NCBI GenBank assembly: GCA_016928955.1
Contig: JAFGJV010000004.1
Span: 259,736-323,735 of the forward strand
Reading direction: 5' to 3'
DNA from: Spirochaetales bacterium
GTDB taxonomy: Bacteria > Spirochaetota > Spirochaetia > Treponematales > UBA12059
DNA length: 64,000 nucleotides
The position numbers and the translations under genes are program-made. Shown piece after piece: positions 10,014 through 21,413 of this stretch (positions within the stretch are counted from its first letter, which is position 1; every line of letters starts with the position of its first letter). The notes beneath the pieces are model-generated. The model worked only from the letters and a program-made list of their open reading frames with translations, made no database searches and was not told where the DNA came from.

Positions 10014-11294
10014 GTGCTTGGCCAAAGACGGCGGTATGGCATCCTGTGGCGCTATGTGGCGCGGGAATTCCTTCTGTCCTTTATCGTCGCCTTTCTCTTC
10101 TTTTTCCTGATCTTCTTCATTAACCAGCTTCTCTTGATGGCCAAGGATATACTGTCGCGCAAGGCCCCGTTCGGCGATGTAGCACGGCTCGTGGTGTACG
10201 CCATGCCGGCCGTCATCGCCATGAGCTTTCCCTTCGGGTCCCTGGTCGGCGCGCTGATGTCATCAGGCCGGCTAGCCAGCGACAACGAGATCCTTGTGAT
10301 GCACGCGTCCGGCGTGCCCAGGAGCGCCGTGTTCGTGCCCTTTGTTGTGCTCGGTCTGGTGTTTTCCATGGTGTCGTTCACCATGAACGACTATTTTCTG
10401 CCCCTTGGCACCATCAATTACGGCAAGCTGTACCGCAAGCTGGTAACCAGCACCCCGGCCCTTGAACTCAAACCGTATTCTGTCAAAACCTACCGCGACA
10501 CCACCATGGTCACGGGCCCCGTTGACGGACAGCGCATAGAGGACGTGGTCATACTGGACACCACCAAAGGCGGAGCGTCCCGGGTGATCAGCGCCGGTAG
10601 CGCGGAGCTGGTTGACAGGGGCGAGTCATCGGGCGTCATCAGCCTGATACTCAAGGACGTGTTCGTACAGGAAAGCGACCCGGCTAAGCCCGAGCGCTTT
10701 GAGTACTCAGAGGCCGGATCCATGGAGTACAACATACTCCTTACCAGCTTTTCTGATTTTTCCGTAGGCATAAGCCCAAGGGAGATGAGCTCCGTGGACG
10801 TGCTCAAGGAAATCCGCGTCAAGGAGGCTGCGCTACACGATCGCCAGAAGGCTCGAAGCGCGGAAATCGTCAACCGGACTTTGGCCCTGATCGGCGACTA
10901 CGCGTCGCGCTCGGCGGCGCTCGCTCCCCTGGATTCGTCCGTGGCCACGCTGAACTCTCAGGCCCTGGCCCTGAGGAACCTGTCGGACAGGCCCCTAAGC
11001 GACCGCTCCCTTGATATCTACCGTCTGGAGTATTTTAAGAAATTCTCCATACCATCGGGCGCCTTGTTCTTTGTATTCCTGGCCTTTCCCCTGGGTTCGC
11101 TGGCTCGCAAGAGCGGGCGCATGCTCGGCTTTGGCATAGGGCTCCTGGTGTCTGTGGCGTACTGGGGCCTGCTCATAGCTGGCCAGACCCTGGGCCTCAG
11201 GTCAAGCTTTTCCCCGCTCGTGGCAATGTGGGCCCCGAACGCCCTGGTGATACTGTGCTCCCTGCCGCTTTTCATCTCGCGGAGGGCGGCATGA
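10014..11294 (+). CDS. LptF/LptG-family (YjgP/YjgQ) permease
   Basis: N-terminus YVAREFLLSFIVAFLFFFLIFFINQLL, a central periplasmic domain and C-terminal TM helices. Paired with a second family member. Confidence 0.8.
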   Translation: MLGQRRRYGILWRYVAREFLLSFIVAFLFFFLIFFINQLLLMAKDILSRKAPFGDVARLVVYAMPAVIAMSFPFGSLVGALMSSGRLASDNEILVMHASGVPRSAVFVPFVVLGLVFSMVSFTMNDYFLPLGTINYGKLYRKLVTSTPALELKPYSVKTYRDTTMVTGPVDGQRIEDVVILDTTKGGASRVISAGSAELVDRGESSGVISLILKDVFVQESDPAKPERFEYSEAGSMEYNILLTSFSDFSVGISPREMSSVDVLKEIRVKEAALHDRQKARSAEIVNRTLALIGDYASRSAALAPLDSSVATLNSQALALRNLSDRPLSDRSLDIYRLEYFKKFSIPSGALFFVFLAFPLGSLARKSGRMLGFGIGLLVSVAYWGLLIAGQTLGLRSSFSPLVAMWAPNALVILCSLPLFISRRAA

Positions 11295-12385
11295 AGAGCC
11301 TCCGCTGGTCCTACAGCCTCAACGCCTACCTTCTCTCATTGTTTCTTCCCGTGTTCCTTGTGTCCGCGTCCTTCTTTGTGCTCATTCTCGAGATGGCCGA
11401 CCTCTTGGCCAACATCGTGCAGTATGTGCAGAACGACGTGTCCGTGGCCAGCATGGCCAAGGTGGCGGCTCTCTTCGCGCCCAAGTGCCTGTCCTGGGCC
11501 CTGCCCATAGCCATGCTGTTCTCGGTTTCCTTCACCGTGGGCACCCTGTTCGCCAACAACGAACTGATCGTGGTGTACGGTTCCGGCATACCGCTCTTTT
11601 CCTTCATGATGCCCGTGTTCGTGCTGTCGGCCCTGCTGTCCGCCGGCTTTCTGTATTTCGAGGACGCGGTCGTCGTGCCCACCTACGCGCAAAAGACCGC
11701 CCTATCCAAAAGCCTCCTCAAAACCGGCGAGGCGCCCGAGGACACCAACAACATCACCATACTCGCAGGCGGGGGCAAACTGGTCTGGAACATACGCTAC
11801 TATGACCGCGTTGGACTGACCATGACCGGCGTGACGATCGTGGAGCGGGACGACGACGGCGGCTTTGTATCCCGCACCAACGCCCAGACGGCCTCATGGA
11901 CCGGAGACGCGTGGAACTTCAACGGAGTCCGGCGTTTTTTCTGGAAAGACGGCTACCTGACCGACCAAGCCCTGGGCTCATGGAGCGATTCCGCCTATAA
12001 CGAACATCCGGACACCTTCAAGGGCGGCGGCAAGCCCAGCGACGAGCTCAAGCTCGCCGAGGCCAGGATCCAGATTGGCCTTCTCAAGAAATCCGGGCTT
12101 CCCAGCGCGGCGTTGGAAACCAGGTACCTCCAGCGCTACGCCTACGCCCTGGTGCCGCTGCTCGTCAGCCTCCTGTCCGCGGCCCTTGCCGGATGGTTCC
12201 GGAAAAACATCCTGCTTATGAGCCTCCTTGTCAGCCTTTCGGGGGCCGTGGTCTATTACGTATCGCAAATGATCACGTCAATAATGGCAGAGAGCGGGAC
12301 CATACCGCCGTGGGCGGGCGCCTTCCTTCCGTTACTCTTATTCCTGGCGCTCATCGCCAGCCTCTTCAAGCTCAGGCAGACATGA
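11291..12385 (+). CDS. LptF/LptG-family (YjgP/YjgQ) permease, second paralog
   Basis: Same architecture as the upstream gene; ATGA overlap with it at 11291-11294. Confidence 0.8.
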   Translation: MKSLRWSYSLNAYLLSLFLPVFLVSASFFVLILEMADLLANIVQYVQNDVSVASMAKVAALFAPKCLSWALPIAMLFSVSFTVGTLFANNELIVVYGSGIPLFSFMMPVFVLSALLSAGFLYFEDAVVVPTYAQKTALSKSLLKTGEAPEDTNNITILAGGGKLVWNIRYYDRVGLTMTGVTIVERDDDGGFVSRTNAQTASWTGDAWNFNGVRRFFWKDGYLTDQALGSWSDSAYNEHPDTFKGGGKPSDELKLAEARIQIGLLKKSGLPSAALETRYLQRYAYALVPLLVSLLSAALAGWFRKNILLMSLLVSLSGAVVYYVSQMITSIMAESGTIPPWAGAFLPLLLFLALIASLFKLRQT

Positions 12386-12392
12386 TGCCTGA

Positions 12393-14010
<1,618 letters not shown>

Positions 14011-14038
14011 TACGCGGCGGCCGCGGAGGACTCAGGCT

Positions 14039-15370
14039 ATGAGAACAAGGTTACTCGCGCTCTGCGCTTTTGCGCTCTTCGCTTGCGCGGCTCAGGTCAC
14101 GGCGGAAGACCCGGCGGACCTTGCGGAACGCCGGGAAGCGACGCTCCGGTACGGCATAGAAGGCCAGGTGATCGAGCTTTTGGACGCCTTGCGCTCGGAA
14201 AAAAACTCGGATTTTGACGAGCTGATCGCCGAGTTGCTGGAATCGTCCACGAGCCCGAAACTGGTGGTGGCCCTGCTCGACTATTTTTCCAAATCCGGCA
14301 GTTCCGCGGCTGAAGGCCGAGCGGCCGCCCTCATAGCCGGCAGGGATGAACAGGACGACGGCGTGGTGGGAGCGGCGTTTTCCTATCTTACGGCCGTGAA
14401 ATCCGGCGCGGCCCTGGACGACGCCCTCACTATCCTCAAGGACGGCGAAAAGCGTTACGAGCAGGCCGCGGTCAAGATGCTCGGGGCGGCCGGGAGGGCG
14501 GAGCATGCCGCCGCGCTCCGCCAAAAATACGACGCGTACGATTCGACACCCGCCATACGGCAGGACATACTGCTTGCCCTTGGGGGGCTGGCGTCGCCAG
14601 ATTCCTTTGACCTCCTGGCCAAGGTCGCATCCGATACAGGCGCGGGCAAGGTAGAGCGCATGTACGCCTGCTCGTCGCTGGGGAAACTCGGCGACGCACA
14701 AGCTGTTCCGATCCTGGTCAAGGCATCCACAGCCGATGATCCCAACGTGCGCGCCTATGCCGTTGAGGCCCTGGGGCGATTCCCCGGCGGAGATGTCTCG
14801 TCCGCCATTCTGAGCTCGCTCAGGGACGCGCATGTCCTGCCACGGACAGCGGCGGTAAAAGCCGCCGGAGCACTTGGCCTTTCCGACGCGGTGCCGGCGC
14901 TCGAATACAAGGCGTCGTACGATCCGGAGCGCCAGGTCCGTGAAGCGGCCATTGACGCCCTGGCTCGGATAGGCGGGGGAAGGGCATTCTCGTTCATCGC
15001 AGGTATGCTGGAGGACGCCAAGGCGGCCAGCATGTACAGGGCCAAGGCGCTTGCCGTCATCGTGACGAGTGGGGACGCGTCGTCGCGCAAACGGGCCATG
15101 GACGTGTTCGACAAGGCGGCCCTGGACAAGGACCGCAACCTATTTCAAGCCCTCGCGCGCGCCGTGCTGGTCCTGGACGGCACGGAGGCCGCCGCCTACG
15201 CCGAACGCCTTCTTGCAGACAGCGACTACACATCGCGCCTGGCTGCATTAGCCTGGGTTGAGCGAAACAAATACAAGGGCTTGGCGGGCGTCGTCAAGAA
15301 CCTGTCGGAAACCGATCCCGTGCCAGCGGTAAAAAAACGGGCGGCCGAAACGCTCGGCCGCCTTAATTAG
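14039..15370 (+). CDS. Secreted HEAT / PBS-lyase-repeat protein
   Basis: Signal peptide MRTRLLALCAFALFACAAQVTA. Repeated motifs of the type xxVRxxAxxALGxxG. GGAGGA lies 9 nt upstream of the ATG at 14039; the ORF-track start at 13853 lies inside the previous gene. Confidence 0.7.
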   Translation: MRTRLLALCAFALFACAAQVTAEDPADLAERREATLRYGIEGQVIELLDALRSEKNSDFDELIAELLESSTSPKLVVALLDYFSKSGSSAAEGRAAALIAGRDEQDDGVVGAAFSYLTAVKSGAALDDALTILKDGEKRYEQAAVKMLGAAGRAEHAAALRQKYDAYDSTPAIRQDILLALGGLASPDSFDLLAKVASDTGAGKVERMYACSSLGKLGDAQAVPILVKASTADDPNVRAYAVEALGRFPGGDVSSAILSSLRDAHVLPRTAAVKAAGALGLSDAVPALEYKASYDPERQVREAAIDALARIGGGRAFSFIAGMLEDAKAASMYRAKALAVIVTSGDASSRKRAMDVFDKAALDKDRNLFQALARAVLVLDGTEAAAYAERLLADSDYTSRLAALAWVERNKYKGLAGVVKNLSETDPVPAVKKRAAETLGRLN

Positions 15371-15374
15371 AACG

Positions 15375-15405
15375 CTGCTGGCAAAGCCGCTTGCTTTGCC
15401 AGCAG
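15375..15405. terminator. Perfect 12-bp hairpin between convergent genes (candidate bidirectional terminator)
   Basis: ctgctggcaaag - ccgcttg - ctttgccagcag. Flanks are only modestly U-rich. Confidence 0.55.
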
Positions 15406-15452
15406 ACTCGGGTTTAACTCGCATCAAATGCTGGACGCTCGGGGTGCCCGGC

Positions 15453-17480
15453 TTAGTCCTCGTCAACGATGGTTGGAAGGGGCGGGCCGGGCATTTCTAT
15501 GCAATGCAGGATCTTGTTCAACTTGGCCAGGGGCGGCACGTACCTGGAAATGCGGAAGGCCAGCTCTTTGCCCTTGGCGGTCACGATCCGTATGGTCTGG
15601 TCCAGGCAGTCCTCTATCGGGCCAGAATAATCGGGGAAAAATTCTGGCCGCGTGGGCACCACGGTGACATTCTGGCCGTCATAGTGCACGTCGGCTATGC
15701 GGGCGGGCATGGGCAGCAAGAAGACGAGGAAATCGCTGGACTTGCCGCCGAGCGTTTTCCTGCCGCCCGCGTGCAGGGTCTTGATGTTCCTGGTTCCGAT
15801 GTCCGTGCGCTGTCCGTCGACCATGAGCTCAAACCGGTGGGCGCCCTGCTGTACCACGCGCGGCGTGTATTCGTACGGTCCGCGGCGGGACAGGGACGGG
15901 GCCATGCCAATGGGCGACGCCGGGAGAACGGCGGCACGCCTGTCCGCTCCGGTCTCGCCAGAACGCCAGGACGACAGCAGGCTGGCTGCGTCCCGGCCGT
16001 CGGGACGTGCGGCCTGAGCCAAAAGTTCCTGGCTCCTGGCTGTACCGGCGTCCGGCCCGGTCAAGGTTCCAGCCTTCGGCGCGGCAGCGGCCGCAGCCCC
16101 AAGGAGCCCGGCGGCGTCTTTCCGGCCGCCGGCCGCCGCGTCGGCGAGCAGGGCCGCGCGGTCGCGTTCTGCGCTGTCCCGGGAGCCGAGTAGGGCGGCC
16201 GCGTCCGGCCTTGACGAGCCGGTGGAACCGGCCTTTGCCAGGAGGGCGGACGCGTCGCGCGCATCTGGCCGCCGTGCGTCGGCCAAAGCGGACACGCGGC
16301 TTCCGTACGATGACTGAGAATCAAGGATGGCGTCTACCACAGGCGCCTCGGCCCGTCTGTGCACGGAGCGCACGTAGCGTATTGCCATGGCTATGGCAGC
16401 CATGGCCAGTATCAGGATGAGCACAAAGGCTATGGGCTTGGCCGTGGTGCGGAAAAAGGCGGCAAGCGGCGACGGCCGGATGTCCACCTGGATTTCCGCC
16501 TTGGCCGGATACAGGCGCGTGCCGTCCGCGAACACCGGCTCCAAGACCAGGTCCTGTTCGCCCTCGGGCGTTTCTTGCGGGAGGAGTATGGACGCGCGGA
16601 GCGTGGCCGAGCCCTTTGGCGCGACCCGCGTGATTTCCTTGTGCTTGAGCACGTTCGTTCCGTCGGCCAGGAGGACGGCGACAAGCTCGAGCTTGGCCTC
16701 GTCCTCAGCAGGATTTTCCAGCCCAATGGGCAGCGTGAAGGCGCGGTCCACGGTTCCGAGCGACTCGGGGTAGGTGGCGCGCACCATGCGCACGCTGCCG
16801 TCCAGGGCCAGGGTACCGTTCTCTGGGTCGAACTCGGTTACGCCCACGCCAAGGGCCGCGGCCACGTCGTCAAGATAGTCGCCGGCGCCGGGAGCGTCGG
16901 ACTGGCCCTCAGTCCCGTCCTCGCCGCCCGAGCCTACCTGGAACGGCACCCGCACGATGCTCATGGTCCAGCCCCTGGCCTTCACGTCCGCCACCGTTGC
17001 TTCAAGCGCGGACTTCACGTCTTCGGTGGTGAACGCCGCGTAGGGCGAGCTTCCAGACGGCGCGTGCATGCCATCGGTGATCAGGATGATGTGCTTGTCC
17101 CCAAGCTCCGGGAGGTCGGCAACGTATTGGTACACGCTCTTGAGCGCGGCTACAAGGTCCGTGTAGCGGCCGAAGGGATACAAGAGATGCAGACGGGCGA
17201 GCGCGCTCTTGACGTCCGAGTCCGTGCGGAGCGTCTGCGCCAGTTCCGTCTGCGTGGTTTCCGCAAAGGTCAGGATGTGGAACCCGTCCCCAAAGCGCAT
17301 GTACTCCTTGAGCGCCCCGGAAATGACAAAGTCCATGACCTGACCGTAGTACGGGAACATGCTCTGCGACGAGTCAAGGAGGACGACCAGATCCACGCGC
17401 TCCTGCGCTGGCGCGGCCAGCGCGCCTAAGGCCAGGATGAGCACAGCGATCAGCGCCAGGTACGGACGATTCACACGCAT
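15453..17480 (-). CDS. VWA-domain single-pass membrane protein with a cytoplasmic repeat region and a C-terminal beta-rich domain
   Basis: Signal peptide followed by a VWA MIDAS-type motif VVLLDSSQSM. One TM segment, IAFVLILILAMAAIAMAI. About six A-x-L-L repeats. GGAAGGA lies upstream of the ATG at 17480. Confidence 0.75.
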   Translation of the reverse strand: MRVNRPYLALIAVLILALGALAAPAQERVDLVVLLDSSQSMFPYYGQVMDFVISGALKEYMRFGDGFHILTFAETTQTELAQTLRTDSDVKSALARLHLLYPFGRYTDLVAALKSVYQYVADLPELGDKHIILITDGMHAPSGSSPYAAFTTEDVKSALEATVADVKARGWTMSIVRVPFQVGSGGEDGTEGQSDAPGAGDYLDDVAAALGVGVTEFDPENGTLALDGSVRMVRATYPESLGTVDRAFTLPIGLENPAEDEAKLELVAVLLADGTNVLKHKEITRVAPKGSATLRASILLPQETPEGEQDLVLEPVFADGTRLYPAKAEIQVDIRPSPLAAFFRTTAKPIAFVLILILAMAAIAMAIRYVRSVHRRAEAPVVDAILDSQSSYGSRVSALADARRPDARDASALLAKAGSTGSSRPDAAALLGSRDSAERDRAALLADAAAGGRKDAAGLLGAAAAAAPKAGTLTGPDAGTARSQELLAQAARPDGRDAASLLSSWRSGETGADRRAAVLPASPIGMAPSLSRRGPYEYTPRVVQQGAHRFELMVDGQRTDIGTRNIKTLHAGGRKTLGGKSSDFLVFLLPMPARIADVHYDGQNVTVVPTRPEFFPDYSGPIEDCLDQTIRIVTAKGKELAFRISRYVPPLAKLNKILHCIEMPGPPLPTIVDED

Positions 17481-17605
17481 TGCATTTCCTTCCGGGCTCG
17501 AGCCGCCTCGCGGGGCAAGCGCCATGTTTTAAGGGGAGCGTTAGGAATGCCGCGGTGCCGCGCTTCCCCTCCTAGGCCCGCCAGCTCCCATGACGGCGGG
17601 CTCCC

Positions 17606-20290
17606 TCACATCTTGGCTGCCTTTATGTTCTTGACCACATAGGAGAATTTCCTGTCGTGGATGGAAAAGGTGAGCTTGTCGCCCAGCTTGTGGTTCAAAA
17701 GCCGCTTGCCCAGCGGGGACAGGTACGAAATAACATGGTTGGACGGATCCGACTCCCATGGCCCGAGAATGATGTAGATTTCCTCCGCGCCCTCGGTCTC
17801 GTTGTAGAGCAGCACTTCGGTTCCGAAGGAAATCTTGGACGTGTTGAGCGTGGACACGTCGAATATCTGGGAGCGCTCTATCTCGTTCTTGAGCTTGGCC
17901 ACCTTGGCGTTCAGCTCGTCCTGCTTTTCCTTGGCCGCCTTGTATTCGGAGTTCTCGCGGAGGTCACCGAGCGACAGGGCGTACGCTATCTCGCGCTGGT
18001 TGGCCGGCACGTCCTCTTCCATGATGCGCGACAGGAGCCGGGTCTTTTCCTCGAATTTGGAGGACGTGACCATGAGGCCCCTGGACACCACGGCCTTTTC
18101 CTCTTCGTCCGAAAATTTAAAGTCAGGATGCCGCTCTGCGATCCGCTTCCTGAGCTTCATCTTGACCGCAGGATCAAGATCCTTGACGTCGCTCACCAGG
18201 GTATAGATGCGCTCTATGGTGTCCTTGTCCGCAACGTCAAGGTAGGCGACCAGCCGATCTTCCTTGAAGAGGATGGAATCAACCTGCTTGTTTATGCGGC
18301 GGTTGTCTGTTGTCTCGCGGTGGTTCTCTATCTCCTTGAACGTGATGTCAAGGATGTGGATAAGGGTGAACAGGACCTTGTCGTAGGACAGGCCAAGCTC
18401 CTTGACCCAGGGTTCGTCCCACAGGTTTTTGACGACCCAGATGAACGCCTCCCGGTGGTCGCGGTAGTTCTCGACGATGGACACCACGAGCCCCTGCAGG
18501 CGCCTGGTCTCGCCGGCGTCCAGAAGGACGTCCAGGAGGCTCTTGGACAGTGCGTACGGAATCAGCCTGACGTACGTGTCGGCCCAGTCGGGCAGGAAGG
18601 CCTTGATGTGGGCCAGGTAGGCCTCGCGGAGCTTGGAGTCCTTGATGCTCAGGTAGATGCCTACCACGTCCTCTGTGTCGGCCATCAGCTCTGAGAAGCC
18701 AAGGCTGAGCACGTTCTTGAGGTAGCTGTGTTTTGACGCCAGTTCCTTGAGGAACAGATAGGAACCCACCACGAACTCGTTCACCTGGGAATAGGATTTT
18801 ACGTAGCCGTTGAAGAAAGCGAGCATCTCGGTGAACAGCTCGGAGTCGGGCTCGCCCTGCTCAAGGAACTCTCGCGCGTCTTGCACCCTGGCAAAGAAGT
18901 TCTTCTCAGCCTTGAACTGGTTGTACACCTTTTCCTCGTAGGACAGGGGCCGGTCCCTCACCAGGAACACGCTGACGGATTCGGGGGCGTTGCCAAAGCG
19001 GGAGTCCGTCCTGAGTATCTCGCGGGCCTTGGAGCTCCAGCTGGTCCACTCGCTGGCCGTGAGCACGGACGGAACGAGTTCCGCCTTGATTTTCTTAATG
19101 TCCGCCTTGTTGTCAAAGCTCTTTATGATGGTTACCAGGGCCCAGGGTATGTCCTTCTTGATCTTTTCCCTGAGCTTGTCCTTGGACCATATCGCCTTGA
19201 GAACCCATATGTGGTCCTTCTTGAGGGTGATGAGGCTGTCCACGGCCATCTTGAGGCCCATCTGGTGGTCGCGCTTCTTGGCAAAGTCTATGGCTATCTC
19301 GTCGCCCACAATGCTCTTGATGCGGCCTATGTTCCAGGTTCGGTGGAACACAAAATTGCCCACGTCAAAGGCTATGTGCTTTTCGAAGTCGGCTATGGCC
19401 TCATGGATGTTGCGGTAGCCGGCCGACAGGTTGGACAGCTTGATGTAGTCATCAACATGCGAGTGCTCGGCGTACTTGGCCTTGTATACGTCTATGAATT
19501 CCTTGCGGTTCTGGGGGTTCTTGTCGTCGTATTCTATGATGGTCTTGAGAATAGACAGGGCCACGTCCCAGTCGCCCACCGTCTTGTAGTGGCGGTACAG
19601 GTCGGACAGCAGCATGGCCGCCTTGTCCTCGCTTATGGTCCTGGCGATCTTGCGCTGGACGTGAAGGAAGAAATCTATGTCGCCGGGGGCGTTTTCTATG
19701 AGCTTGTTCCAGATTTCCTTGGCGTTGGAAAAGAGCCCCTTGTTGACGTAGCGGTGGAGCGCCTTGCGGTAATACTCCACGGCGCCTTCCATGTCGCCGT
19801 CCCGCTCCTTCTTCTCGGCTATCAGCTTGACTATGTCCGCCTCTTCCGTGTCCACGCGCACCAGGCGTTCCCACACTCCGTACATGTCGTCCGTGCGGTT
19901 GTCGTTCTCGTAGCACTCGGCCAGGCGGGACAGGGCGTTGCGGTTCTCGCCGTAGTCAAGGATGCGGCCGCAAATGAACTCGACCACGTTCCACTTGCGG
20001 TTGTCCGCGAAGATGTTGATGAGGTTCACCATGTTGGAGTCGTCGATCTGCTGGCGGTACATGCCGACGATGCCGGACAGATATAGGGCCGCTATGCTGT
20101 TCTTGCTGTGGGAAAGGTGCTCGTCGCACACCGTGCGGATCTCGTCAAGAACATGCTCTTTGGACGCCTCCTGGAACAGGGCGTCCAGTTCTTTGATCTG
20201 GCCGACCGTGTAGTTGGACAGGGTGGCCCTGGTCCACTTTTCCTCATTGAGCAGTTCCTGCAGTTTCTTCGCAATCGGCGAATCGGCCAT
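17606..20290 (-). CDS. greA: Long-form transcription elongation factor GreA (about 740-aa N-terminal extension)
   Basis: The C-terminal ~150 aa is a canonical GreA/GreB domain (LGDLRENSEYKAAKEKQ ... coiled coil ... FGTEVLLYNETEGAEEIYIILGPWESD). The rest is a helical extension. GC is visibly lower than in the neighbours. Confidence 0.85.
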   Translation of the reverse strand: MADSPIAKKLQELLNEEKWTRATLSNYTVGQIKELDALFQEASKEHVLDEIRTVCDEHLSHSKNSIAALYLSGIVGMYRQQIDDSNMVNLINIFADNRKWNVVEFICGRILDYGENRNALSRLAECYENDNRTDDMYGVWERLVRVDTEEADIVKLIAEKKERDGDMEGAVEYYRKALHRYVNKGLFSNAKEIWNKLIENAPGDIDFFLHVQRKIARTISEDKAAMLLSDLYRHYKTVGDWDVALSILKTIIEYDDKNPQNRKEFIDVYKAKYAEHSHVDDYIKLSNLSAGYRNIHEAIADFEKHIAFDVGNFVFHRTWNIGRIKSIVGDEIAIDFAKKRDHQMGLKMAVDSLITLKKDHIWVLKAIWSKDKLREKIKKDIPWALVTIIKSFDNKADIKKIKAELVPSVLTASEWTSWSSKAREILRTDSRFGNAPESVSVFLVRDRPLSYEEKVYNQFKAEKNFFARVQDAREFLEQGEPDSELFTEMLAFFNGYVKSYSQVNEFVVGSYLFLKELASKHSYLKNVLSLGFSELMADTEDVVGIYLSIKDSKLREAYLAHIKAFLPDWADTYVRLIPYALSKSLLDVLLDAGETRRLQGLVVSIVENYRDHREAFIWVVKNLWDEPWVKELGLSYDKVLFTLIHILDITFKEIENHRETTDNRRINKQVDSILFKEDRLVAYLDVADKDTIERIYTLVSDVKDLDPAVKMKLRKRIAERHPDFKFSDEEEKAVVSRGLMVTSSKFEEKTRLLSRIMEEDVPANQREIAYALSLGDLRENSEYKAAKEKQDELNAKVAKLKNEIERSQIFDVSTLNTSKISFGTEVLLYNETEGAEEIYIILGPWESDPSNHVISYLSPLGKRLLNHKLGDKLTFSIHDRKFSYVVKNIKAAKM

Positions 20291-20310
20291 GTCGGTCCCC
20301 TCTTTCTGTG

Positions 20311-21246
20311 TCAGGCGGTGTACAGTGCGTATACGTTCGCGTCCAGGAGTCTGATCTTGAGCAGGATCTCGTCGATCCTGGCCTTTTCCTCGCCGCGGTT
20401 GACGTAGTGGTCAATCATCCAAAAATACCTGTTGAGGAGACGGGGCAACAGCACCGGGCGCCTGGTGGCGTCCGCCGAAAGTTCCGTCTCCATCTCGTAT
20501 ACCGATTGGCGCAGCTTGGCGGCTTCCACAGCCTTGAGCTCGCGCTTGATCGAGAAAACCCCCATGAGCTCGCCGTACACGGGTACCCATTCCGGTATCT
20601 CGTGGGGACTGCCCGCTGACTCGGCCGCCCGCTGGGCGAGCCTGGTCAAAGCCTCGTTATCCAGGAGTTCCAGGTCTATCCGCTGGGGGTTGAGGAAAAA
20701 GGCCTCGCGGAACAGAGCCTTTGACGCCCGCGCGTCGTCCAGGAGCGCGTACAGGTCGGCAAGCTCTGCCAGCACCGCGGCGTCGTCCTTGCGTGCCTTG
20801 GCCGCAGCCTCCAGGTGTGCCAGTGCCGCGTCATAGTCGCCATAGCCCTTGCACGCGCGCCCAAGCCTGAGCGACAGCTCTGGATCCACCGCTTCCCCGG
20901 ACTGGACCAGCTGGGAGTAGCGCGAGTGGGCCAGCTTGAATGCGTAGTGCTTGAAGGCCAGAGCCGCCCGCGGCGACGGCTCGGGCAGGCGGGCAAGGAA
21001 GGACCGGAAGGCCTTCCAGCGGTTCATGACCAGGTCGCCGGCCTCAAGGTGGTCCAAGCATGCGCCAACGCGTTCGGCCGAATCGGACCACCAGCGGGCG
21101 CACTTCAGGGCGTACAGCAGCTCTGCGTCCTCAAAGTCCAGCTCAAGCGCCCGTTCCAGGCGCTCCTGAGCCCCCAGGAGGTCAAGAGAGGTGAGGGTTC
21201 TGTATGCGTCCGTGAGCAGCGCGTCAACGCCCTGGGCTTGTGCCAT
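20311..21246 (-). CDS. Helical-repeat (TPR-like) protein of unknown function, 20 nt upstream of greA
   Basis: 311-aa ORF with coding-like composition and TPR-like A/L/Y spacing (GDYDAALAHLEAAAKA..). No enzymatic motif recognised. Confidence 0.55.
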   Translation of the reverse strand: MAQAQGVDALLTDAYRTLTSLDLLGAQERLERALELDFEDAELLYALKCARWWSDSAERVGACLDHLEAGDLVMNRWKAFRSFLARLPEPSPRAALAFKHYAFKLAHSRYSQLVQSGEAVDPELSLRLGRACKGYGDYDAALAHLEAAAKARKDDAAVLAELADLYALLDDARASKALFREAFFLNPQRIDLELLDNEALTRLAQRAAESAGSPHEIPEWVPVYGELMGVFSIKRELKAVEAAKLRQSVYEMETELSADATRRPVLLPRLLNRYFWMIDHYVNRGEEKARIDEILLKIRLLDANVYALYTA

Positions 21247-21283
21247 GTGCTTTGGAATGTCCGCCTAACGTAATTTCTTCTAG

Positions 21284-21313
21284 ATTTTACAATAAATTAT
21301 CCGAACTCGTCAA
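21284..21313 (-). promoter_or_regulatory. Candidate promoter for the helical-repeat-protein / greA operon
   Basis: Minus strand reads TTGACG-N18-TAAAAT inside the only AT-rich stretch of the 167-nt divergent intergenic region. Confidence 0.3.
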
Positions 21314-21398
21314 TGAACAACGTGTGTCCGCGCTCATGCGCGCTGAGGGCTCTGCTGCGTCCGAGGCCTTGACACGCCTTGAGGCTGCTTCCCCAGCG

Positions 21399-21407
21399 TG
21401 CTAGAAT
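21399..21407 (+). promoter_or_regulatory. Extended -10 element TGcTAGAAT, 6 nt upstream of the rpe ATG (candidate leaderless transcript)
   Basis: Sequence gtgcTAGAATccaggcATG. No Shine-Dalgarno is possible in a 6-nt gap. Confidence 0.4.
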
Positions 21408-21413
21408 CCAGGC

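Noticed and set aside
10014-12385. LptF/LptG pair as evidence of an unusual LPS export system in a spirochete
   Set aside because: The family assignment is solid, but YjgP/YjgQ permeases are widespread in diderms. No lptB/lptC/lptA or LPS biosynthesis genes are in the window, so nothing unusual can be concluded here.
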